From Magnetococcales bacterium (lineage in GTDB: Bacteria; Pseudomonadota; Magnetococcia; Magnetococcales; UBA8363), in NCBI GenBank assembly GCA_015228975.1, contig JADGCN010000004.1, positions 4,028 to 68,027 of the forward strand: a stretch of 64,000 bases of DNA. Reading direction: 5' to 3'. Positions 44,938 to 54,396 of this stretch are shown here, piece after piece. Within the stretch, counting starts at the first letter, position 1. The number at the start of each line of letters is the position of its first letter. The translations under genes were made by a program, and so were the position numbers. A model generated the notes under the pieces. The model made no database searches. It was given only the letters and a program-made list of their open reading frames with translations, and was not told the origin of the DNA.

Positions 44938-45315
44938 TTACAGATAGTGTTTAAGACGGCGAAGCAACAGGTCGTCGTTGATTGGTTTGGTAATATAGTC
45001 CACCGCACCGGCTTGGTAACCATGACGGATAAATTCACCCGTATCAAAAACAGCGGTAATGAAAATTATGGGTATCCCCTTGGTTCTGTTCGTCATTTTC
45101 ATATGATGAGCAGTTTCAAAACCGTTCATATCTGGCATTTGGACATCCATCAGTACCAAATCGACGGATTCTTCCATCAAAATTCCCAGTGCTTTGGCAC
45201 CCGATTCCGCCTCCAATATCCGAATGTTGGGTAATCGCTTCAGTACCGCCCTCAAGGAAAAAAGGTTATTGCGATTATCATCGACAATCAGGAGTGTGCT
45301 TTGCTTACCGTCCAT
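44938..45315 (-). CDS. Single-domain response regulator
   Basis: LLIVDD, MDVQMP, FITA, KP. Confidence 0.9.
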   Translation of the reverse strand: MDGKQSTLLIVDDNRNNLFSLRAVLKRLPNIRILEAESGAKALGILMEESVDLVLMDVQMPDMNGFETAHHMKMTNRTKGIPIIFITAVFDTGEFIRHGYQAGAVDYITKPINDDLLLRRLKHYL

Positions 45316-45405
45316 GATCAGGGGCCTGTTCAATGATGCAAAAAATACAAAATAACAATGTTAATATAAGACGAGCCAGCGTAAAAACTCATATGATTCT
45401 CTTTC

Positions 45406-45957
45406 TCAATGTGTTTTCACCTGGGTCACGACACTGTCTGTAAGTCTTCCGGTCCATGCCATGGCAAGGGCCGATAGCAGAAATATGCAGTGGATGATGC
45501 ACTGCCACTGCGCCACGTGTGGCGTAACATGCTCAATATTAACGAAGGTTTTCAATAGATGGACGGATGAGATGCCAATCAAGGCCATGGCCAGTTTGAC
45601 TTTCATGATGTTGGGGTTGGAGTGACTGAGCCATTCCGGACAATCCGGATGCTGATCCACTCGCAAGCGGGAGACGAATGTCTCATAACCCGCAACGATA
45701 ATCATGACCAACAGATTTGATATCATGACCACGTCAATCAGCCCTAAAATGAAGATAACGGCATCATTCTCACTCATGTTGGGCTTATGAAATATTTCAA
45801 CGAGCTCTACAAAAAAGCGATAAACATAGTAGCCTTGGGCGACGATCAGGCCAAAATAAAGAGGTGCTTGCAACCATCGGCTGAAAAAAATGAAATCAGC
45901 CAAAGGCTGTGTCACAGGTTTTCCAGGTGTTGGGCCAGAATGATGGTTTACCGTCAT
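45406..45957 (-). CDS. YqhA/UPF0114 family membrane protein
   Basis: FSRWLQAPLYFGL, LIDVVMISNLL, GYETFVS, KVKLAMALIGISSVHLL. Confidence 0.9.
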   Translation of the reverse strand: MTVNHHSGPTPGKPVTQPLADFIFFSRWLQAPLYFGLIVAQGYYVYRFFVELVEIFHKPNMSENDAVIFILGLIDVVMISNLLVMIIVAGYETFVSRLRVDQHPDCPEWLSHSNPNIMKVKLAMALIGISSVHLLKTFVNIEHVTPHVAQWQCIIHCIFLLSALAMAWTGRLTDSVVTQVKTH

Positions 45958-46052
45958 GGGAGCCGATTCCCTCGGATAAAAGTGAAATACTGTTTGGATG
46001 AGTAAATGTTATCCCACAATCCTCGCAAAACACCAGGCAAAAAAAGAAAAAT

Positions 46053-46167
46053 GAATACACCGATGGTTTCTTGGGCAGGGAAAATCCTCAAGATTACGAT
46101 AGTGGTCTAGCCAATTCCTGTATCCCGAAGGTGCCTGGCGGCAGGTACGTTTTGGCCAGGTCGAGAA
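46053..46167. repeat. Direct repeat, left copy (115 bp)
   Basis: Matches 47545-47659 with 8 mismatches counted by eye; contains a copy of the last ~24 codons of the YhaN-like gene. Confidence 0.95.
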
Positions 46168-46290
46168 AAGGTACACCCACCACTACGGCTAACCTTCTCT
46201 TTAACTTGTCATAATATCATTATAAATGCATGACAAGATCAAATAATATTAATAATTATTATCTGGCGTGATGTGCATAAATCATAAAAG

Positions 46291-47205
46291 TCATGGAGTC
46301 GCATGCCACAGCGGATGATCTTTCCATTGTTCAGGAAGCCCCATAGACACGCGCCAAGTGGAATGGGTAGCAATGGGGGTGATCAGGTCTGTAAGATGGT
46401 GTTGCCAATGTTCCCCCAAACCCATTTTCGCCAGCAATTGGCGGAGAATCAGCAGTATGTAAAAAATACGGTCATGCCGGGGCGTCACAGGTGGCTGCCA
46501 ACGGGGATCATGACTGCGATGAGGTTTGATCGCCAGTTCCCGATTCCACAACCGACCATGATGGGCGCAAATGTTACGAATATAAGTTAATGCATGAAGG
46601 TCGTTACTGAAACGCATATGATGGACACCAAAGTGACTGGAGACCATTTTTCGGTCTTGGTTTGTCATCCCCTGATAGAGTATTGACAGTGCCCCCATGC
46701 TCACCACTTCGGTAGCCATCCAGATAGGCAGCGTTGGAAATCCTTGATAGTTGTTCCGAAAATGCAGGATAAATGGTTCTTTGGACCGCTTTGCCTCTTC
46801 GTCGATACCTGCAAGCCATTTGTCATGCTGGAATTTGGGGCTGAAATGAGCCGGATTGGTATGGGCGAAGGTTCCATAAGTAAGTGCCAAGTGATAGGTA
46901 ATCTGGGTCCGAACAGCAATTTCCACTCGTTCCAAGGCATCCATCACCATCAGTCGCAGGTGGCGGTCAAATTCATAGAGGGTAATGATGTTTGTAAGGT
47001 TGTTACCAGTTCTGAACGCATCGGTAACCATACCGTCAGAATTTCGGGCACGAAAGGAATGCCAATAGCCACTCAGACGATAGTAGTTGATCGCCGAAAG
47101 TTTTTCCCTGGCATCATTGCGGTTGCCAATGTCCAAGCCTCGGGAAGCAAGGAGTTCCAACTGATCATCAAGGTTGAGCGGTTGCTTGGTGTAGCACTTA
47201 GTCAT
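46291..47205 (-). CDS. Abi_2/AbiD/AbiF-family HEPN ribonuclease
   Basis: QLELLASRGL, INYYRLSGYW, LYEFDRHLR, ERVEIAVRT, PIWMATE, HEPN RNICAHH. Confidence 0.9.
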   Translation of the reverse strand: MTKCYTKQPLNLDDQLELLASRGLDIGNRNDAREKLSAINYYRLSGYWHSFRARNSDGMVTDAFRTGNNLTNIITLYEFDRHLRLMVMDALERVEIAVRTQITYHLALTYGTFAHTNPAHFSPKFQHDKWLAGIDEEAKRSKEPFILHFRNNYQGFPTLPIWMATEVVSMGALSILYQGMTNQDRKMVSSHFGVHHMRFSNDLHALTYIRNICAHHGRLWNRELAIKPHRSHDPRWQPPVTPRHDRIFYILLILRQLLAKMGLGEHWQHHLTDLITPIATHSTWRVSMGLPEQWKDHPLWHATP

Positions 47206-47230
47206 GTTGCCCTTCAGATCGAAGGGCAAC

Positions 47231-47283
47231 AAAAAAGCCACCGTGGTAACGCATGCCGAAACAGAGGCGTGGTGGCTATGTTA
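47231..47283 (-). ncRNA. Candidate abiF-like RNA (antitoxin or leader)
   Basis: AGCCACC...GGTGGCT stem enclosing ACGCCTCTGTTTCGGCATGCGTTACCAC, then a U-run, immediately upstream of the Abi gene. Confidence 0.65.
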
Positions 47284-47289
47284 GAAACA

Positions 47290-47318
47290 AGTGTACGCAA
47301 TTTTCCGGCCATAAACAA
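47290..47318 (-). promoter_or_regulatory. Putative sigma70 promoter for the abi RNA and gene
   Basis: TTGTTT-N17-TACACT, predicting a start near 47283. Confidence 0.5.
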
Positions 47319-47544
47319 GTCGCTGTTTTCCATATCCGGCATTTTTACAGGAAAAAGATCAAAATAACCTTTCATACTCCTTGCAACGCGCTTATCGCAA
47401 AACAAACTATCCATAAAGAAGTAAAACTCCGGAATAAACGATCACAAAACATCGTATCCATAACCATGTGAGCCTTCAGATTATCGAAAAAAATTTTCTT
47501 AGGCAAGCACACAATATTTGGAATGGTGACATTTTCCAATGCAC

Positions 47545-47659
47545 GAATATACCGATGGTTTCCTGGACAGGGAAAAACCGCAAGGTTACGATAGTTGTCT
47601 AGCCAATTCCTGTATCCCGAAGGTGCCTGGCGGCAGGTACGTTTTGGCCAAGTCGAGAA
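47545..47659. repeat. Direct repeat, right copy (overlaps the 3' end of the YhaN-like gene)
   Basis: Offset of 1492 bp from the left copy. Confidence 0.95.
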
Positions 47660-50600
47660 TATGCGGGTGATGGGTGAAATAAATCACCTGACGCTTCAGT
47701 TGCGCCAAAACTTCCAAAGCCGCAGTCGCACGCCGGTCATCAAAATGCACCAAAATATCATCCAGGATCATGGGCATCGGCTGCCGACTCTCATCCATGA
47801 GATCCAAAGCCCCGAGACGTAACGCCAAAAACAATTGATCCCGGGTACCATCACTCATCCCCTCCACCTGAACCCGGGTACCATCGTGGCGAACCCCGTA
47901 AAAATATGGCTTGGCCGTATCAAAATCCACTTTTAAAGAGGTAAAGGAATCCAAAGTCAATCTGCGAAAGAAATCACTGGCTCGCGAAAGTATCGGCCCT
48001 TGATTGTGTTCCTGAAAACGATGGATCACCTGTTGCAACAAGGTTGCCGCCAGAGTCAAATGAACATGATGCTCCGCCAAATGTAACAATTCATTGCGGG
48101 TATCCTCAAAATCCTGTTGCACCAAAGCCGCCGCATTGCCCCCGGCATACTGTTCCAACTCCTGGGTTTTGGCCCCCAACGCCTGGTGCAACGCCTGCAA
48201 CTCCCGGGTCACCTCGTCCATCTCGCCTTTCAGGTAGTGGCTTTTTTTCTGAACATCCTCCATGTCCTGCCCGGCGATCCGTTGCAACACCTCTTCCAGC
48301 CCCAGTCCCCCGGCGTTATCCAGGATCTCTTTTTCACACGCTTCAATCGCTTGCAACACCTCCTCGCGCCGCTTGAACCGATCTTCCAAAGATTCCATGG
48401 CCGCACGATCCTGAACGCCATACCGTGCCGCAATCTCACGGAACCGCTGCTGGTCACTTTGCCAGTTTTCCTCGGTTCGACGCAGCATGGCCAACACCTT
48501 GTCCTGACGTTCCATCCCTTGCCGCTGGTGAGTGATCCCCTCCACAGCCTGATCCAAGCGCCCCTTGAGCCCCTCCAACCACAGGTAGGACGATTCGGTC
48601 CCCTCGTGGTGATCCCATGCCTCCCCAAGAAACAATACCAAATCCCGCACCCCCCCCATGAAATGATCCCGACGCCGCTGTATCTCGCGAATACGTCCCA
48701 ACAACTCCTCCCGTTGGCGAAATACGCTCCTCAAGGTGCTGAACATTTCCAAAAATTCACCGCTTGCCTCAACCAGCATCCCCGATTCATGGCCAAAACG
48801 ACCGAGAATGTTTTGCCAATTGTGATCATTGGCAACCATTTTTCGTTGATTGTCTGCCAAACGGGCACGATGCCTTAGGATCAATTGTTCTATTTCCGCC
48901 AACCGCTGACGCGCCGCCTGATGCCGTTGAGCCTGAACGCTGACATCGGCGACAAACGTCTCCCATCGATTCAGCAATCCGGCAACACCCTCCCCCGCCC
49001 GCATCCCCGGTCCCCCCAGGGACAAAACCATCGCATTGGCCTGTTCCAGGGTCTCCGATAACTTGCGCTGCATATGGGCACCCTGTTGCTGCCAATGATC
49101 CGCTTCCCCTTTTAAGCGGATAATCTCGGTGCGCATTTCCGGCCACCCTGTCATCTCCAAAGGGTTCCCGGCACTCACCACACCCAGCGCCTGCCACAGG
49201 GTGTGCCATTCCAGCAGCAAGTTTTTCAATTTGTCGGCCACTTCCCGCCCCAATGCCACCCCTTCCTGGCGTTTTCGCGATAGAAACCCCCTTCTGTTTT
49301 CCAATTGTTGCCATTTTGCCAAACGATCGGCTTCACGCAGGCGGGCATCGGCCAACTGATCGGCCCGCAGCAGGAGCCTTTCAAAGATGATCTCTCGCGA
49401 CGGCCCATCCACCACCGCCGATTCAGAACCCGGGTACCCTGCCAAGCCATGCTGCCGAATCAACTGCCATACGCGATCCCGTTCATCCCGAGCTTCCCGA
49501 ACCGCCGAATCGGTGGGTGGCACACCCCCAAGCGCCTCCTTTAATTGTTGGCGCTCAAGCTCCAACTGCTGCCACTCCTGCTCCCATTGTTTCCGTTGAT
49601 CTTCCGCCTGACGCTGATCCTCCAGTAAGCGGCGATACGCATGCGCGTAACGTTCCAAGACATCGTTGCCAGGGGGACGACACCCTTCCAAGGCTGGCAA
49701 CGAGTCGCGCCAGTGGGGCAGCAGGCGCCATTTTTCTTCGGCCTGACGCTGCGTCGTCGCCGACTTGTCGAACGCCCGATGACAGCTCTGTTCCCAATCC
49801 AAAAGTTGCCGCAACTCAGGCAGACGGCGAATCAAATCCGTCACATCCCGCACCTCGCCCAAGGCCTGTATCTCAGCCCGTTTCACCTGTGCATCCCGTT
49901 CCAAATCGCCCAGGTTTCTCTGTAACGACTCCTCCTCGGTCAACAATTGCGGCCTGGTTTCCAGCAATTTGCGCAATGTTGCCAAACGACTGGCATCGGG
50001 CAACAGATTCAAATCCACCGTGCCACCCTGGCCACCCACCTGCCGCCACAAATCGCCCTGTTGCTGGTTCAACGCCTCCAATTTTTGTTCCAATACCGGC
50101 AATTGGTTATCATTCTCCCGGATCAGTCGCACTTCGCGGTATAAATCATTGATACGCGCCGCCAAGGGCGGCAGTTTTTCCTCGAACTGCAACGCCGTCA
50201 GCTCATTCGCCAACGTCGCCAACTCCTTTTGGTGAATGGCCCGTTCCCGTTCCGTCACCACCAAACGTTGGCTTAAAGCCAGCCGTTCGACAATGATCTC
50301 GCGATTCAAGGGCGGGATCGCACCCAATTCCTCCAGGACGCGGCGGTAATGCCCCAGACGCGCTACCAGGGGAGCAAGCTGCAACAGGCGCTGCAACTCC
50401 TCCATTACACGGCGTTTTTGGTACGATATCTCGTCCATGGCGGCAATTTTTTGCTGCAACGCCTCCTGCTCCGCCCGATGCCCGGCCCAGGTGGACTGCG
50501 CCAGGGTCAAACGCCGCTGCTGGTCGGACAACTCCCGCAAACGATTATGAAGAATATGAATTTTTTGGTTCTTGCCCCGATGTTTATAAAGGCTTTCCGC

Positions 50601-51104
50601 CTCATTCCGCATGGCTTCCAGGGTGTCCTGCACCTCTGCCAATCCCGAACCCGCCGCAAACAACAACGCCCCCACTTCCCCCTGCCCCCGCAGGACCCAT
50701 TCTCCACCGGCGCGCAGACGCTCATGGTCCAAACCATAGAGCCATTCAAACCGATCACGATCCAACCCTTGTAAAAAAGGGGCCAGTATCTGACCATCCA
50801 GCGGGTGGTTCTGGGCATTCAGCAGGGTATCCTTGTTGCCTTTGCGACGAATCGCCGTCACCTGTTGCCCGTGTGCATCGACCAAAGTGGCACCAACCCG
50901 CAGTTGTGAACTGTCGTGCTGGAAATCAAAATGTTTTTTTTTATCAAATCCGAACAAAAAATCGGTAATGGCGGCCAAGGTTGTGCTTTTACCCGCCTCA
51001 TTGCCCCCATGAACCAGGCACAAACCCGCCTCCAGGTCCGTGAAATCCAAGGTTTGCTTGGCGAAATGACCGTAAGGTTCCAGATGAATACGCAGGAAAT
51101 GCAT
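47586..51104 (-). CDS. YhaN-like SMC/Rad50-type ATPase (AAA_27)
   Basis: YGHF, GGNEAGKST, long coiled coil, MSDGTRDQLFLALRL, LDDILVHFDD, YFTHH. Confidence 0.92.
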   Translation of the reverse strand: MHFLRIHLEPYGHFAKQTLDFTDLEAGLCLVHGGNEAGKSTTLAAITDFLFGFDKKKHFDFQHDSSQLRVGATLVDAHGQQVTAIRRKGNKDTLLNAQNHPLDGQILAPFLQGLDRDRFEWLYGLDHERLRAGGEWVLRGQGEVGALLFAAGSGLAEVQDTLEAMRNEAESLYKHRGKNQKIHILHNRLRELSDQQRRLTLAQSTWAGHRAEQEALQQKIAAMDEISYQKRRVMEELQRLLQLAPLVARLGHYRRVLEELGAIPPLNREIIVERLALSQRLVVTERERAIHQKELATLANELTALQFEEKLPPLAARINDLYREVRLIRENDNQLPVLEQKLEALNQQQGDLWRQVGGQGGTVDLNLLPDASRLATLRKLLETRPQLLTEEESLQRNLGDLERDAQVKRAEIQALGEVRDVTDLIRRLPELRQLLDWEQSCHRAFDKSATTQRQAEEKWRLLPHWRDSLPALEGCRPPGNDVLERYAHAYRRLLEDQRQAEDQRKQWEQEWQQLELERQQLKEALGGVPPTDSAVREARDERDRVWQLIRQHGLAGYPGSESAVVDGPSREIIFERLLLRADQLADARLREADRLAKWQQLENRRGFLSRKRQEGVALGREVADKLKNLLLEWHTLWQALGVVSAGNPLEMTGWPEMRTEIIRLKGEADHWQQQGAHMQRKLSETLEQANAMVLSLGGPGMRAGEGVAGLLNRWETFVADVSVQAQRHQAARQRLAEIEQLILRHRARLADNQRKMVANDHNWQNILGRFGHESGMLVEASGEFLEMFSTLRSVFRQREELLGRIREIQRRRDHFMGGVRDLVLFLGEAWDHHEGTESSYLWLEGLKGRLDQAVEGITHQRQGMERQDKVLAMLRRTEENWQSDQQRFREIAARYGVQDRAAMESLEDRFKRREEVLQAIEACEKEILDNAGGLGLEEVLQRIAGQDMEDVQKKSHYLKGEMDEVTRELQALHQALGAKTQELEQYAGGNAAALVQQDFEDTRNELLHLAEHHVHLTLAATLLQQVIHRFQEHNQGPILSRASDFFRRLTLDSFTSLKVDFDTAKPYFYGVRHDGTRVQVEGMSDGTRDQLFLALRLGALDLMDESRQPMPMILDDILVHFDDRRATAALEVLAQLKRQVIYFTHHPHILDLAKTYLPPGTFGIQELARQLS

Positions 51105-51106
51105 CG

Positions 51107-52387
51107 TTAAAGGCGTCCCCGATTTTTGCTGCGCAGCCCCTCCCCGACCAGGACTTCGGCACGTTGGATGGCGCGTTGCAACCACTCCGTTTCCGTCAGT
51201 GGCAACGTATCGGCACCGACGAACAGCGGGCTTCTAAACATGCTCACCAGCGGATTGAACACCTCCCCCAATTTTTTCATCCCCGCCTCGTCGGCGATCA
51301 ACTCCCGGCTCAGCTCCGCCACCAACTGCAACGGATCCAAAGCGAAATCGTCCCCCCTGTCGTTTTGTTCCCTGAGCGGCGTACTGTCGTTGATCACCCG
51401 CTCCAACCACAACAATTCCCCCCCCACATTTTGCGCCCGCAGCCGCAGCTCCCGTTCCCACTTCACTTCCTCGATCATCCACTGGCCATACCAGGGGCAA
51501 CATCCCGTCAGACGCAGGCGCACCACCAACAACACATCCTCCATCACGAGCTGTTCCATGGCCCGAATGGCCCCTTCCAAACAATCATCCGGGGTTGAAT
51601 ACTCCCCCACTCCCAGCTCCAGGGTATGCCAGCGCACCAGATCCAAAGGCAAATGCTCCAGACGAACGGCACCATCGGTATCGACCTCCACCAACGAAGC
51701 CCCCTTGACCCCGGTTTCCCGAATATGCCGTCCCTGGAGGGTGCCTGGAAAAAGAATCACCGGATCCCGGGCACGGACCAGCTCCCGTTGATGCACATGT
51801 CCCAAGGCCCAATAGTGATAACCCAGGAGCAGCAGATCCTCTTCGCTGCACGGGGCATAGGATTCATGACCCGGACGACCGGTCAGGGCCGTATGCAACA
51901 GGCCAATGTTAAAGACATCGGGAAGAGCCGGGGGGAAATGCGCCGCGAGATTGCGGGTTTCAGCCTTGTTGGCATGGGATTGTCCATGCACCGCCACCCC
52001 CAGGTGGGGACGGTGGCAGGTCATCGCCTGGGAGGAAGGAAACAAGGTTACATTGGCGGGAAAAAGTTTTTCTCGCAGGAGATCGTGCTCTGCATCGTGA
52101 TTGCCCAAGACAACGAAGACTTCAATGTCGGCTTCCTGCAAACGGCGGAATCCCGCTGCCAGGTACAACACGGTATTAAAATCCTGGCCCTTGCCATCAA
52201 GCAGGTCACCGGCAAGCAGCAAAAAATCGACCCGATGTTCCAGGCATTTCTGAATCAGCTGATCGAAAGCCCCCCGCCCTGCCTGTCGGATGCGTTCGGC
52301 GGGGGCGGCCTCGTAGCGGGACAATCCCTTCAGTGGCGCATCCAGATGCACATCAGCAACGTGCAGGAATGTCACGGCCCGGGTCAA
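51107..52387 (-). CDS. YhaO/SbcD/Mre11-like DNA repair exonuclease
   Basis: ADVHLD, AGDLLD, GNHD, LLHT, ALGHVH, PGTLQGR. Confidence 0.92.
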   Translation of the reverse strand: MTRAVTFLHVADVHLDAPLKGLSRYEAAPAERIRQAGRGAFDQLIQKCLEHRVDFLLLAGDLLDGKGQDFNTVLYLAAGFRRLQEADIEVFVVLGNHDAEHDLLREKLFPANVTLFPSSQAMTCHRPHLGVAVHGQSHANKAETRNLAAHFPPALPDVFNIGLLHTALTGRPGHESYAPCSEEDLLLLGYHYWALGHVHQRELVRARDPVILFPGTLQGRHIRETGVKGASLVEVDTDGAVRLEHLPLDLVRWHTLELGVGEYSTPDDCLEGAIRAMEQLVMEDVLLVVRLRLTGCCPWYGQWMIEEVKWERELRLRAQNVGGELLWLERVINDSTPLREQNDRGDDFALDPLQLVAELSRELIADEAGMKKLGEVFNPLVSMFRSPLFVGADTLPLTETEWLQRAIQRAEVLVGEGLRSKNRGRL

Positions 52388-52536
52388 CGCACCACCCGGT
52401 CCAACACAAGGGAGCCGATCCAGTCAGACTGCCTGATCGGGCGCAGCATCCCGATAGTTACTTTTATAATCTCAAAAGAGGCGATCACCTTTTTGCAGGC
52501 CATGGGGTTAACCCGGGGAGGCATGGCAAAAGAGAG

Positions 52537-52842
52537 TCAGCTTGATGATTTGGGGCGCGCTTTGTTGACGCGTTCGCGCAAAATGTTGCTGGGATGAAAG
52601 ACCATCACGCTACGTGCGGAGATTTCCACTTCTTCGCCAGTTTTGGGATTGCGACCACGGCGTGCGCGTTTGTTACGGACACCAAAGTTGCCGAAGCCGG
52701 GCAGCTTGACCACTTCACCTTGTTCCAATGTAGTCTTGATGGTCTCTAGGACCGCTTCCACGAGATCCTGGGCCTCTGCATGGGTTGTAAGCAAGGATTT
52801 ATAGAGTTTATCGACGATTGCTGCCTTGGTAAGTGTGCTCAT
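52537..52842 (-). CDS. ihfA: Integration host factor alpha subunit
   Basis: LTKA, VKLPGFGNF, RRGRNPKTGEEVEISAR. Confidence 0.9.
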   Translation of the reverse strand: MSTLTKAAIVDKLYKSLLTTHAEAQDLVEAVLETIKTTLEQGEVVKLPGFGNFGVRNKRARRGRNPKTGEEVEISARSVMVFHPSNILRERVNKARPKSSS

Positions 52843-53073
52843 TTTCAACCTCAACTGGAGTTAACCGACTGCCACGATTCTCCCCGCTGGCGGAATGGTA
52901 TCAGCAGCTTTTCGCATCGCGATTACCAACAACACCACTCTGACACGGCCCGGGTTATTCTACTCTGTCCAAAGCTATATTAAAAGGGCCGTTATACACA
53001 AAAACGGACCTTTGATTACCATGATAGTCAGCAACTTATGGACCAAAACCAACGGTCCCATCGGGCAAGGGGG

Positions 53074-53751
53074 TTATCGTTTACCTTGGTTGCGAAGCGA
53101 ATCATCGTCCAGGGAGAACCAGCGAAGCAACGGTTCCAGGATGATGGAGTGGGTATTTTCCTTAAGCAGGGTACCCAAATGCAAGGCCAACCAGTTTTCG
53201 TCCAACGACAGCGGCAGGTGAAAACAACGATTACCGACGATACGGTCGCGAATGGCGGCGATCAAGCCCGAATCGGTTAAATTTCTGGTGATGATCATAA
53301 CATCCTCGTGCATTTCCACCCCTTCCATTTGATCGATGCGTTTTTTGGCCACGCCGAACAGATTGTCTATCAAACGAATGGAAAATGCCATGGGGGCTGA
53401 ATCGTGTTGAAATTCCATCCCTGCCTTGCGACCGCCAAAAAAGCTCAGCCCCACTTTGACGGTATCCCCATCGACACTAAGCCATTCCGGGACAATCCGA
53501 ATCAGGATGCGCGATTTTTGTGGACCCGCCAATAAAAACCCGTAGTGGGTGTCGTGCAGTGTCATTTCCACGAGTTCGATTTCTTTTTCTTTCATGGAGG
53601 CGACGGCCCTTTTGGCTGCCATTTCCACCAATTTGGGGGACAGCAACACCAGACCACCCTCTTTTTTGAGGCGCAATGGCAACACGGGCATTGCCGTATC
53701 CAAAACCTTGCGGGCACCCTCGACCAGGATCGACGTGATCAACGTCTTCAT
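53074..53751 (-). CDS. Hypothetical protein
   Basis: 225-aa ORF with RBS and host-like codon usage; no recognised motif. Confidence 0.7.
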   Translation of the reverse strand: MKTLITSILVEGARKVLDTAMPVLPLRLKKEGGLVLLSPKLVEMAAKRAVASMKEKEIELVEMTLHDTHYGFLLAGPQKSRILIRIVPEWLSVDGDTVKVGLSFFGGRKAGMEFQHDSAPMAFSIRLIDNLFGVAKKRIDQMEGVEMHEDVMIITRNLTDSGLIAAIRDRIVGNRCFHLPLSLDENWLALHLGTLLKENTHSIILEPLLRWFSLDDDSLRNQGKR

Positions 53752-53989
53752 GGACCCTACTCCAGATGGTTTCCGGTGGATCAAGTATGAGGGCTTCGCA
53801 TTGAGGCGAGATCCTCAAAGCCACAAGGTAACGCAAAACATTGGGGCAGGTCCATGGGACACCTGTCGATCGGATGGATTGCGTGGTCATGAAGCGAGGT
53901 ATTTCAGTTAACAATCGTTTGTATTTTTACATCATGGATCGTTCATTTTCTTCTGATGGCAACAAGGGGATCGGTGGCAGGCATTCACC

Positions 53990-54201
53990 TGTGGATAACT
54001 CTGTGGAAAAAAAACGGACATGGGATCGTGAAAAATTGACCACCACAACATTGTGTTGCAGGCGCACATAGAACATTATTTTATATTATATTATATTTTA
54101 CAATACTTTATACCTATGTTGACCTGTCAATAATATTGTCTCCCCCTCCCTTACCCGGACAAAAACCACCCAGCCCTTCCGGACCCCCAATCTGTGAATA
54201 A
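53990..54201. promoter_or_regulatory. DnaA-box cluster flanking an AT-rich tract
   Basis: TGTGGATAA 53990, TGTGGAAAA 54002, TGTGAATAA 54193, all matching TTWTNCACA on the minus strand; AT-rich ~54070-54140. Confidence 0.6.
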
Positions 54202-54396
54202 CTTGCCTCCATCCTTACCCCAGGTTAGACTGGCCACCAGGGGTGACCGAAGTGATCAAGCCAAGCAAAGCCCACCCCCAACAACGATTACCCTCCAACC
54301 CGAAGGATCCCACCAGAAGCATCAGATTCAGGGGACCGTTGGTCGGTAACGAGTCACCCACTGGGTCTATTTCGCCTTAAGGAAAGGATAGCGATC

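Noticed and set aside
54040..54058. NrdR-box-like CCACAACATTGTG
   Set aside because: Spacing is shorter than the NrdR consensus and no nrd gene is adjacent
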